The notes below the pieces were generated by a model. It worked only from the letters and a program-made list of their open reading frames with translations, made no database searches and had not been told where the DNA came from. A stretch of DNA of 64,000 bases. It comes from Callorhinchus milii (lineage: Eukaryota). Position numbers and translations under genes: made by a program. The first letter of the stretch is position 1. Each line of letters begins with the position of its first letter. This document shows positions 12,301 through 24,130 of this stretch, one piece after another. The stretch lies in assembly GCF_018977255.1 (NCBI RefSeq), contig NW_024704743.1:20586001-20650000 (forward strand), read 5' to 3'.

Positions 12301-14377
12301 CTCCATTCACTTCATGGCTGTTTGTGTGACAATGTTGTGCGTAAACTGGCTGCCACATTCACCCTACACCGGTGATGGCCAACCTGCAGCCCGCGGGCCG
12401 GAAGTGGCCTTTGGGGCAGTCAAGAAGCATGCACCCATACTCCCCCACCCAACATTGGCATGAGTCTAGGTAAGTCCATGTTGGATCGCTAGTGTGGTTT
12501 CAGTTATTTCTTGATTTTTGGCATAAATCCATTTTGCGGATATTTTATTATTATTGCAAGGACAAAGCAGAAACACAGGGAGACCTGGTTGCAGACGATA
12601 TGGTTGCAGACTAAGTTTGCCATTCATATCTTTGAATGAGGATGTCTTGTTGCTGTGAGTTAGATGGAAACCGAAGTGAAGAGTGTCAAACAGAATGAGT
12701 GGAGGAAGAAGTAGCATAGAATTTTTTATAGAAATTGTAAGAAAGAGCTGAACATATTAAGACAAACTGTATACACTATTTTTATAGCTACAATTATCCA
12801 TCTAGAGTAGAAATAGTCAGAAGCAGTGTGTGTTAAAGGGGACATTAATGCAAGAAGCAAATTAAGTCAAGTAGGATATTTGTCAAACACCACTATCATG
12901 ATTTTTCAAATAGAATAATGAGCCAACCCATAACGGTGTTTACAACCCACACATAAAATGCACTGAACGCTCCCAGCCCCTTTGTAGCTGGATTAGGTTT
13001 GTTAACCTCACAAGGAGAAAGGTCGCATTAAAGGTAATTTTCATTAGTCAGTTCTAATCTCTAGGAGTCTAGTCAACTAATGGCACCTTGCATGACTTGA
13101 CCCTGCAAATACAGCATGGTATGGAAATAATTATTCATTCTCTGTGCTGCAACTGAGAGGCTAATTAGTCGTTTCTTTACCAACAAGCTTTGATACGATG
13201 GAACACAACAGAAATAAATTTGTGCCAATGACAACGGCAGGAAAATAGTCTGCTTTTACATGGATTTCGGAACATGGGTCAGCAAGAATATTCACCTCTA
13301 AAACTAATTATATTTTGATTGCCTTTGCCTGCACATATAAAACTTATTGCAGAAACAATCAACACCTACTATTTCAGATCAAGATGATTAATAAGTTCTA
13401 ATATCTAATTTTTCTAATTTGGGTTTATTGGTTTTGTATTTTGTATTGTAATACATGGAAATCATTATTGATAATTTAACTGCTGCTCACAGTTACACAT
13501 TTGAGTGATAATTCTCACGTAAACGTAAATGAGTTCTTAAGTTTAAGCCTTTTTTTAAAAAACAATTCTCTTCTATTATATTTTAATGCTGGCACCTATC
13601 TGTAGCTGACACAAATAAGATAAGAATAAGATCCATATCTACCATTGTCTGTCAAGTTGTTTCACCTGTACATTCTGCGGTGGAGTGCATCCTATCCAGT
13701 AACCTTTTTTTCATGTATGCTAAACAAGTATAAAATGCACCCAGATAACAAACCTTGTTAGCTGGATCTGACTCACGGCCTGGTTTCATCCCGCCACTCC
13801 CACACCTCCCTCCATTTCATCTGACCCACCCGCTCCCTCCATAACCCATAAATGTTATCTTTCTGGAAGGCACACTCAAAAATATTGCTTATGCAGCCCG
13901 CAGACATTTAGGGCCTCAAATAGGGCATCTGGCCCTCGGCAGCCAAAAGATTGGACCACCGTAAATGACTGTTCCTGTTTTTTTTCCTGTATGGAATAAT
14001 TGCATGTAATAGAACAATTCGGGGTCCAATTTTTCACTTTTATGGGAGATATTAGTTTCCAGTTATAAATTTTCAACAAATATTGCTCTATGTTGCATTC
14101 TGCTCTTGCAGAAACCACAGCCAGTTAATTTAATTTAAGATTCTCGTTAATCTGAATCTCTAAATCTCTTTGCTCTTCTATCTCTATCTCTTCTATCTTC
14201 TATCTCTTAGATTATATCCATATCCCTTTAAGATTGTACTAATGTCAATTTAAAAAAAATTGCCGCATTTTTCCCCCAAAACAGTCCAAAACTCTTTACA
14301 GTATATTCTGTAAAGTCCTTTGAGATGTCTTAACAATTATAATAATAATTTGTGCATTTAATAACAGTGACACAGGA

Positions 14378-14750
14378 GGATACCTGTAGTTTTGTGGTTA
14401 GAGCACTCCCTTCACAAGCAAGAGGACCTGGGTTTGATTCCCGGCAGGGTGAAGCGTTGGGCAAGTTTTGTTACTCCACACGTCTCTGTTTAACTAGCAA
14501 TAAGTACGAACCCAGTTGTTAGTCAATTGGCGGATCACTTTTCAGGGGGGAATAATTCCTTCAAAATAAATTAAAATAATTTGGTCACTCAATCCATGGC
14601 TGTGTGTGGGACACTGCTGTGTGCAATTGGCTGCCACATTTCACCCACAAAATATACAGTCAAATTAATTTACAGTATATTCTGTGAAGCGCTTTGAGAC
14701 ATCTCGAAGACATGATATAGTGCTATATCAAATGCAAGGATTATTATTAT
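14378..14750 (+). mobile_element. tRNA-derived SINE, long form, full length
   Basis: tRNA-like head, central ctgtttaactagcaataagtacgaacccagttgttagtc, L2-like tail tgtgaagcgctttgagac...aaatgcaagga(tta)n. Confidence 0.92.
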
Positions 14751-15090
14751 GTAGCGCCTTATCACATCTTCAAGACGTATCAAAGCGCTTCACAAAATCT
14801 ACTGTAAAGTGAATTGACTGTATTTTGTGGGTGGAACATGGCAGCCAATTGTGCACAGCAGTGTCCCACAAACAGTCATGGATTAAGTGACCAAATTATT
14901 ATCTTTTTTTTTAAGGGATTATTACCCCCAGAAAAGCGATCTGCCAATCGATGAACAACCGGGTTCCTACTTACTGCTATGTATACAGAGATGTGTGGAA
15001 TAAGGAAACTTGCTTAACCTTTTGCCCTGCCTGGGAATCGAACCCAGGTCCTCTTGCTTACGAGGTGAATGCCCTAACCACTGAAGTACA
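14751..15090 (-). mobile_element. tRNA-derived SINE, long form, abutting the previous copy tail-to-tail
   Basis: Reverse complement of the same family, ending in the head gggaatcgaacccaggtc...ctaaccactga. Confidence 0.92.
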
Positions 15091-16702
15091 TTACGACTTG
15101 ACAACGTAATGAGGCGCGATATCAAATAAAAAATTAAAGAATTATTATTATTAAACTTGATGGGTTTCCCCTGCCTCCTCACCCATGGCTTAACAAAACT
15201 GTTCATTAAACATCCGAGTGTTTTGCAGTTACGGAATTAGAAGCGAGTCCTTGCTTTGTAAAATTAACACTGCAAGATAAATGCATAAAATTTTAAAAAT
15301 GTTGTTTTATTTAAAAATAGAAAAAACATTTTGCCACAATTGTATAAATAGTGCAGTGTAGCAAGGTGTATTAGTGCATTAATGCTTTTTTGTTAATTAC
15401 AGTCAGTCAGTATTAACATTATGATAATCCTTGCACATTATATTCTGCCCATAACAAACCAGCTCGAAGCACTTCTCAGATGACTGCTATCAAGTGTAAT
15501 GATTTCATATTTGTAGGAAAATATGGCAGCTAATTAGACAGATCAACTTCTACTTCAGTGTGCATTTGTATACCACCCCTCACACAGGGTAGCGCTTCCA
15601 AGCACTTGTGTCAGAGTATGAGGCCGGGGGAGGGGGTGGGGGTGGACTGCAGGCACTGTCGAAGAGGAAAGTCTTCAAGTGCGATCTGAAGATGGGAAGG
15701 AAGGGGCAAGCGGAGGGTCAGAGCAAGGTCCCACAAACAGTCATGAAGTGAATGACCAGGACATTTATCAGGAAGAATTTTGGTTAGGACAGAGAACATC
15801 CTTCTCTTTTAGAATAGTGGACCTGCAATAGCAACCTCAAAAGGCAGACTTTGCTTTAATTATCAGTCAAATGGGACCTCTGACAATGCAGAACTTCCCT
15901 CTACTGCACTGGATCATCAACCTTGGCTCTGAACTCAAATCCCGTCCTAGGCTTAAACCCCAAAGCATCTGTCCTTGATGCCAGTGTGCTACCAACTGAG
16001 TCAGTCTGACACTGCATACTCATGGATTACTACTTTGATTAATTTGCTGACTTTGTGGACACCTGTCACCTACACTACATATGTGAAGTTGTCAGAAATA
16101 GTGTATATATAGCTAAAGGTCCCTGCCCCTGAGATGTCTTGAAGCTAATTACTAATTCACCAGCTACCCTTAAAGTTAATTAGATAGGAGGAATGACAGA
16201 CGAGACTGGAAAAATTAACCAGGTGCTAAGAGATTTCAAATGATACAGAATGTGAGAGTTTGGGGGCCACATTCAACCATTACAGAGTAACACATAGCAA
16301 AGTGGATTCTCATTAAAACCTGAGAAGTTTAAAGGTAAAGAGAGAATCATCTGTAACAAATTCCCGGTGGTGGATGGAGGAAAAGAAGGACAGAAATAAT
16401 GTGAAGGCTGAAATGCTTAATGGTCTATCTTCAAATTTAAGATTGTACAATATTGAAAAAAAATTCCTAAATTCAGCCTTTTTTTTCCATAGTTCTTATG
16501 CCACAACTTGCATTGCTATAGAGCCCTTTGTGTAGGATAATGTCTTGGAGCATTTCACAGAGAAAGGATTGGACAATGAGCAAGGGAGAGTGTGGAGAGG
16601 AAGGTGGTACATGCAAATTCTTCAAATGAATTTAAGAATTCCCCAAATTTCTATTTGGAAAAAACTGTTACACTTTCTCTAGCACAAACAACGAAGATGT
16701 GC

Positions 16703-17725
16703 AACAACAACAACAAAATTACATTTTAGAGCGCCTTTCACGTCAGGAGGATGTCCCAAAGCGCTGAAAAGTCAGATGTTGGGGGCCCAGCATAGGGGAA
16801 GGGTGGTGTAGGGGCAAGGGAAGGCAGAGAGGTGGGAGGGAGACCAAAGGCACGGTCAAAGAGAAAGGTCTTGACACCGGCTTTGAAGGATGTGAGGGAG
16901 GAAGCGAAGGGACCGTGGGATATCGATATCGTCATCCAGAGTGTGGTCGCAGAGAGGCTGAAAGCCCGGCCACTGATGGTAGGGCGGGTCGGGCGGGAAA
17001 CATGGAGCAGGCTGGAGCCTGATGAGCGAAGGGAGCGGGCAGGTTGGTAGGGAGTCAGCAGGTCAGGGAGGTAAGAGAGGGCAAGGCCACGGATGGCTTA
17101 AAGGTAAGAACGAGGGTCTTGAACTCGATCCTCCGGGGGATGGGGAGCCAGTGGAGTCGGGTGAGGGTGGGAGTGATGGGGTCGCGGAGCCTGGTGCGTG
17201 AGAGTACACAAGCTGCAGAGTTTTGGATGATCTGCAGCTTGTGAAGGGAAGAATTGGGAAGGCCGATGAGGAAGGAGTTCCCGTAATCAAGCCTCGAGGT
17301 GATAAATGCATTGGTGAGGGTTTCGGCAGCCTGAGGGGTGAGGCAGTGGCGGAGTTTGGCAATGTTGCAGAGGTGGTGGTAGGTAGTGCCGGTCATGGCG
17401 CGGATGTGGGGGAGAAAGGACAGTTCAGGGTCTAACAAGATACCCAGGTTCCTGACTGGCTTAGTGAGGTTGAGTGTGCAGCCGTGGAGGCTGATGCTGC
17501 CAGTGCCTGAGGTGCGGAGGTGCTGACACGAGCCAATCAGGAGGGCCTCGGTCTTGCTGACGTTGAGTTGGAGAAAGTTGGCCCTCGTCCAGGACTTGAT
17601 GTCGGACAGGCAGTCAGCCAGGACCTCAGTAGTCCTGGAGTTCAGGGTGGAGGCAGAGAGGTAGAGTTGGGTACCATCTGCATACATGTGGAAATTTACC
17701 CCATGTCTGCGGATGACATCACCAT
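16703..17725 (-). mobile_element. L2-clade LINE, 5'-truncated, C-terminal RT region and 3' UTR
   Basis: ORF 17055-17687 gives YADGTQLY, WTRANFLQLNVSKTE, VRNLGILLD, AFITSRLDYGNS, LQIIQNSAA and LHWLPI. (CAA)n tail on the plus strand at 16703-16715. Confidence 0.95.
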
Positions 17726-20255
17726 CTTTTAATTAGATAATACAGCATTGATAGAATAATGTCCTGAATTTGCCCATTCACCTATGATAATTTTTATTAA
17801 GTTATCAATGGACAGACCTTGCTGCACAGAACTACCAGTGAGATAAAAAAAGATGGAAATCATTGAGGCTTTTTCTAAAACTCAAGAGATATCGATCAGA
17901 GGATACATAGCTTAAGAGCCTCAGTGGTGTGAAAAGGGACTGATAAAAAATTTAGGATTAACAGCAGCCACAAACAGAGCATATTGCAACTTTACTGCTG
18001 CAGGTATCAATAAAAGTAAAATTAAATGAGCATTGAAATTATTCGACCCTGTGGAGAAAATACTAGACATACTAAAAATGCCAATTAAATAAACCTTTTG
18101 TACATCCTCAATAGGTTCATTGGAAGCAAAAGCACAAGGTGAAAGGGGACAAGTCTGTGGTTAGCATGAAAAAGCTGCTAGTTGTCGACAGATGTTTTAA
18201 TGGGAGAAGGGGAAAGAAGACAGACACTCTCAGAAATGAGAAGTAATAACCCATTGAAACATGCACCTTTGCGATTGAGATGGGCTGACAAAGAAGTTAG
18301 ATTGGAATATAAATGGAGACACGATTATTTCTCTAAAATTAATCTAAAGTAGATGATTTATGCTGAAGTGGGGATAGACCATGAGAAGCTACCCAAATGG
18401 GGCTCCCCAAAAAGTACCAGCTGAGTGTGGAAGGCAAGAGAATCACGCCACTTCTGAGAAACCTGGAACACAAAATTAGCTGATGTGAAATACTATGAAA
18501 TGGGGATTAATGAGTTAAGGGGACCAGCCCCTGGGTAGGGTGCACGTGTCTTCATAAAACTGAAACAAAATATAAGCTATCACAATAATAATCCTTGCAT
18601 TTGACCTTTCATGTCAGAGGGATCGATACCAAAGAGTGTAAGCTACCACCTTTTGGCAACATCAGTATTTAATATTAAACAGAGAGGAGTAGAAAACAAT
18701 GGGGGGATGAGAATTAAAGAGTTATGTTTTATACGTCCTGAGGGATGCAGAGATGGAAAGCATGACAATGCATTGTCAAGGGAAAATAGGAGCAGGTGTA
18801 AAATCAGCTGGTAATGCTGTAAAGATAAGTTTTGTAATTGATGTAGCAACAACATTCACAGTCAGATGGAAACATTTGGAACGAAGAGAGACACTCTGAA
18901 CATATTAAAAACGGTGGTGAATGGGATGCAGAGGAGGTATGGGGCAGGATAGAATAGATACAGTATCTAGAAAAATATAAAACAGGATAAAATGGATTCA
19001 TATTGAAATCTACATACACTGCTGTTTGATACCAGATACACATACATTTGTTTAAACAGGATCTCTGCGGGAACATATGATTTACAATGAAAGTAGTGTT
19101 ATAATACAACAACACCCCCACCCTTTTTTTAAGAAAAGCACATGGAATATACATGGTATGGATAAAACCATGTCGTTACAGGATGAAATTAAAGGTAAAT
19201 AATGCAATTTGTGTCATTGTATATATTATGATATTGTTAGTCACCTGAATTTATACTTTCTTTCATATTCCCTGGTTTACGAGTCAGGCATTCAGCAGTC
19301 TAAACACCCAGACCACATGAAGAACTGTTTTGTTAGTAATTTGTGGTTTGACAACATTTTACACACATCAGAGGCAAAAAGATCTCATGCAGGATTGTAA
19401 ATTGAGTTTACACCAAGAATATATGTGTATAATAATGACAAACCGTGGTCCAGATCTTCGTAATTACCAGGTTGTGAATGAGTTGTAGTCAGCCTCACAC
19501 ATTAAGTCCTGACAACACTGAAGTGTCAGGATACCCTATCTACCCTTCAAAACAAGTCATCTGAAACCTCTCTGTCATTGCTATACAACCATTTAAATAG
19601 GATTTTCTTCCTCATAGGCGTCTGTCGATGAGTGTTATAAACACGTGCAATTACCCCGGTCGTACAGTTTGTCAGTCAGTTTGGTGAGTCAGTAATCATC
19701 AAGTGGATCAAACACATCCTGGTCTTCCAACTCTCCATCTCTCTGCCAACTAATCTGATTTGCTCTTAGGGTTTAAACTTCATACTATGATTTCTAGATT
19801 TAGAAACCCACTTCAAAATGTTATTTTCATATGCTATTAGATGGAAATCTAAAAAATTCAGATTGGTTACATTTTTCCTTCCTTGTAAGCCATGCGTGCC
19901 AACAAACAAAAATGGACCTATGATTTGGGAGATCGAAACCTCTGATTTCACCATGTTCATGTGCTGCTTAGTTGTTGTAATTATGGACCATGTTTGCCAA
20001 TTACCCAGTTGCAGTTTTGCCCTTCGTGTGAACACCCAGCTTCCATAGAACACTCCATCTTAGCGAGGGATTTGCAAAATCTCACCCAGCTCAGGAAATG
20101 AAGAAGTCCAATAAAAAAGGCAGGTCCTGAGACTCCGATCTCCAAAATAAAAGATTGGCTACTTAGCCTCTGAATTACCAAACAAATTGACTAATTGCTC
20201 AAAGAAATGACTGTGGGAATTTCACATTAATTAATTGATCACAATGCAGACTTAC

Positions 20256-20352
20256 CTGGAAATCCTGATCGTCAATTCCAAACCTCTCTCTAAGATTTCG
20301 GAAGACCATAGGGCAGTACTCCTTAAACTTAAAGTGACTGGGCATGTTCTCC
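20256..20352 (-). CDS. PIP4K2A: PI5P 4-kinase type-2 alpha, internal coding exon (exon 3 equivalent, 97 nt)
   Basis: The minus strand reads gtctgtttaccag|G GAG AAC ATG CCC AGT CAC TTT AAG ... GAT TTC CAG|gtaag, i.e. (K)[32 protein letters not shown]. The phase-2 junction joins the previous exon in frame (AA|G = Lys). Confidence 0.96.
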
Positions 20353-22439
20353 CTGGTAAACAGACATGATAAATCTTAGATACTGCTCTGTATAAATATT
20401 ATTAGGTTCAAGCTAACTAATCATTTTAGTTCAAAATTACTGGAATATTAAATTGCATGTAGTAGAAAACTTTTGTTCAATGCATATTTACGCAGTTATT
20501 AGGAGGTACAGTGGATTAAGCAGTGGATTAAAGCATGTTACCCGCTCACTCTTAAAATCATCATGGAATCGAACAGACAGAAGGGATAAATGACATCAGA
20601 GGTTGAAGATTAAGGCTGTATCTATCTTAAAAGTGTTTGGTGCACGGATCTCCACCCCTGACCTTACTGCAGACAAGCTTCCTTGCTTATATGTAATTTT
20701 AATGAAGAAACTCCTTAGTCATGATTCAACTCCTGACCATTTCCACAACATTTAAGACTTGGACTTAACAAGACATGAAAGACTTAGTATTTCATTTACC
20801 TTCATTTTCCTTCCTGCTTATGAGAAGTGAATGCTGGGATGAGGCTAAATAGTGAATTATGTTTTGTCATTTAGTCTGGAATACATGCTATTAACCCTGC
20901 AAGCCAAAATTTCTTTCTTGCTCACTTGAATATATATTTTGCTCTTTATTCCACCTATGGGATCTACCCTATAATAAATCAAATAATCATCATTAATGCA
21001 AGAGACTGGACAATGAGCATGATATTTAACAAGATTGTTTTGGTCAGCAGGGTATCTGACATATAAAAACCAATCACCATGCTTAGGTCTCCAAACTAAA
21101 CTAATGAGAGTTTTACATACTGTTTGTATGGTTTTCATTTATTTGATAATGGAATGTTCACCATATATCCTGATTACCCTCTTCCAAAGAATTTAGGAGC
21201 AGGTTGGCTAGAAGTAAAGATTAGCGACCCAAAGTATGCACCAGCATAATGGTGGAGTTTAACCAGTTAAAACACACACACGCAGCCTACCATTGCACAG
21301 CAGAAGTGAACTTCTCACTGTTTTTGTCCATCTAGGATCATCCTACCAGTTAGGGCTTCAGCTGTGATTATCAGGAGCTGAGTGAAAATAACCTCAGTCA
21401 TCAATGACTGATCTGTTCCTCCTGGATCAACCAATGAGGAGGCTGACTAGTTCGCTATTGACTGGAGATTGAATCTGGGACCGTCTCAGTCCAAATGCGT
21501 CATTGGATAATTTTCCTGAACCACAAAAATGCCGAGGATTTTCTAAGCACAGCAATCAAAATAGGCAGACCAATTGTATAGAGAATACAAATTTCATTGG
21601 ATGAGTATCAGATTACCAATCTCCCATAGGGAACAGAATTGTAATACGTTTTTTGCTGAGGTCTGCCATTTTAAGAGCTCCCACTGTATAGCTGAATTTC
21701 AGTTTGCAAAAATAGTTTGATTGTTAAATCAACTGGAACAGATTATTTGCATTGTTTGGGGGAAAAAACCTCCATTAGAGTCAGAAAATACAAGTTTATT
21801 GAGGCTACTAAATCCCAAAAGGCCATTTGTATTTTTTGACACCTAGATGCACAAGCCTAACTTTATTATCTGAAGGTGTAATTGTGTCTTCAGTTTATGA
21901 AAATATTGGGGAGGAATGAAACAAAGATCAATCTGCCTTGGATGTGTTTTCATAGGATGCTGTAGCATTTTTCTTTGGCTTGTATTTAATTCAGCATCTT
22001 TTCCGCAATTTTCACAATAATAATAATCCTTGCATTTGATATAGCACCTTTTCACATCTTCAAGATGTCTCAAAGCGCTTCACAGCATATACTGTAAAGT
22101 GTAGTGACTGTGTATTTTGTAGGCGAAATCTGGCAGCCAATTGCACACAACAGTGTACAATTTACAAATATATAGCAATTTTCACGTCCCAAAGCACATG
22201 CACAGGGGCACCCAAACTGGAGGTGGGATAGGTCTAAAGATCATAACTGTGATAAAGTAATAGTTCGATTCCATGCTGCTTGTCATAATAGAGCAAACAA
22301 ATTCTTGCTGTAATGGCACACATTTTAAACAGGATAGTACTTGCCTTCAATCTTGTATGTTATTTATTTTAGAGCACAAATCGACTATTTTTGCTTCAGA
22401 ATCCTATAGTAGATAAAATATTTCAACACATCCACCAAT

Positions 22440-22850
22440 TATAATAACATTCCTTGCATTTGGTATAGCGTCTTTCACATCGGGAGGACGTCCCACAGCG
22501 CTTCACAGGATTTACTGTGAAGCGGAGTGACTGTATATGTGGGCGATTGAGGCAGCCAATTTGTGCACACCAAAGTCCCGCAAACAATTTTATATGGGGG
22601 ATTTATTGGCTAGGCCAATGGGAGAAACTCACTTCTCTTTTCATACTGTGCCATGGGATCTTTAACGGCCACCTGGACAGGCAGAAGGGACCTTGGTGTA
22701 ATGTCTTATCCAAAGGATGGCACCTCCAGTAATACAACACTTCCCCATTGCTGCGTTGGAGTGTCAGCTAAGACTATGTGAGTTCAAGTTCTGACCTGGG
22801 CTTGAATCTACAACCTTCTGACCCATAAGTAAGAGCTAAGCTGACACCAC
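22440..22850 (-). mobile_element. Deu-domain-like SINE, near full length
   Basis: The minus strand has a tRNA-like head (ggtcagaaggttgtagattcaagccc), central ccatcctttggataagacattacaccaaggtccc...ttaaagatcccatggcac, and the tail shared with the young SINE. Confidence 0.75.
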
Positions 22851-24130
22851 AATTTTTTTTTAAGTGGCAGGGGCAAATGATTTATAAAATACAGTAAACA
22901 CCTGGGCCTGAAACCTAATTTTTTTTCTACAGGCACTTACGTATGTTGACTTTGAATCATTACATTGTTGCTAAATTATATATAGTGGCAACCACTCTTG
23001 TCAGAAACGAACTGTTGAAAATAACACAAATGGTGAAAATGGGACTTTATACATAAATGTCATGTTTTCAAGGGCTTGTTTAAGCCACTTGCGTTTCCTG
23101 TTCAAAGTGATCATATGGTGGCTATTTGATACAGGTTGGACTCAAGCCTCGAAACTTGCATTGATCAATTAGGTTCTGCAGACAGCGACAACACATCACA
23201 TTGCTGCATCTGTGCACCAAACTTTTTAAGTTTAAATCAAGCCCCTAACAGTATTTCTTGCTTATTACACTATCTGTAAAAGACTAAAGACTAAACCATT
23301 TGAAATTGGTTTAAAGGCTTATATATTCCGTGCTGTATTCTTTCACCAAACATCAGTCGAAATATTCTTATTACGCCAGCATTTACTGTCTTGTATTTGG
23401 TGAAATTTGCTCTACAGGAAATATAAATCTTAGATCTTTCTATCGTAGCCAACATAGCAGGCATGTAGCTGCTGTAGCTAAGCTTCCGCTGTAGAATCAA
23501 AATAGAAAAAAATATTCAAAAGATTTAAGCACACTTTTGATAGCAATCAGCAGAACAGAAAACCACCAGAGTACAACTTCCAACCTAGAGAATGACATTT
23601 TCTGCATAAACGCAATTGCTAAGATCAAGAAAAATAACACAAGTTCTCATCTATAATCCTAACTTCACTGGGTCATAAAATGTGAGATATGAATTTTGTT
23701 ACTTGCACGGCATAATTTGTGTTTTTTTTAAAAAAAAACATCTGTGGTCAACAGAAAGGCTGAATTCAACCAAGTGTGAACGTGTTACAATTTCTGCAAA
23801 CTGCAGCAAATTGCACACAATCTCTCAAAAGCACTATCCTCCTGGTACATGGAGGAGGGGATGAGAGTAATCACGTTCCTTGTAGCTGATGTGGCTCAGT
23901 TGGCAACAAAATGTCCAATTCCTGAGCCGAGCAGGTCCGCATTACTCGAGGAAATGCTGATGAAAAGGCGCCAGGTCTGGCTCTTCAGTGGATGATGAGT
24001 CACCGGGAGCAGGTCATGCTAACCCCGCAAGTCAATGTCCTAACCCATAAGCTGGGCCAACAGAAAAGTGTGGACGCACTTTTTCTGTGGAAACCGCTAC
24101 AAACGGCCTCATCCGTGACAAACAAACCCT

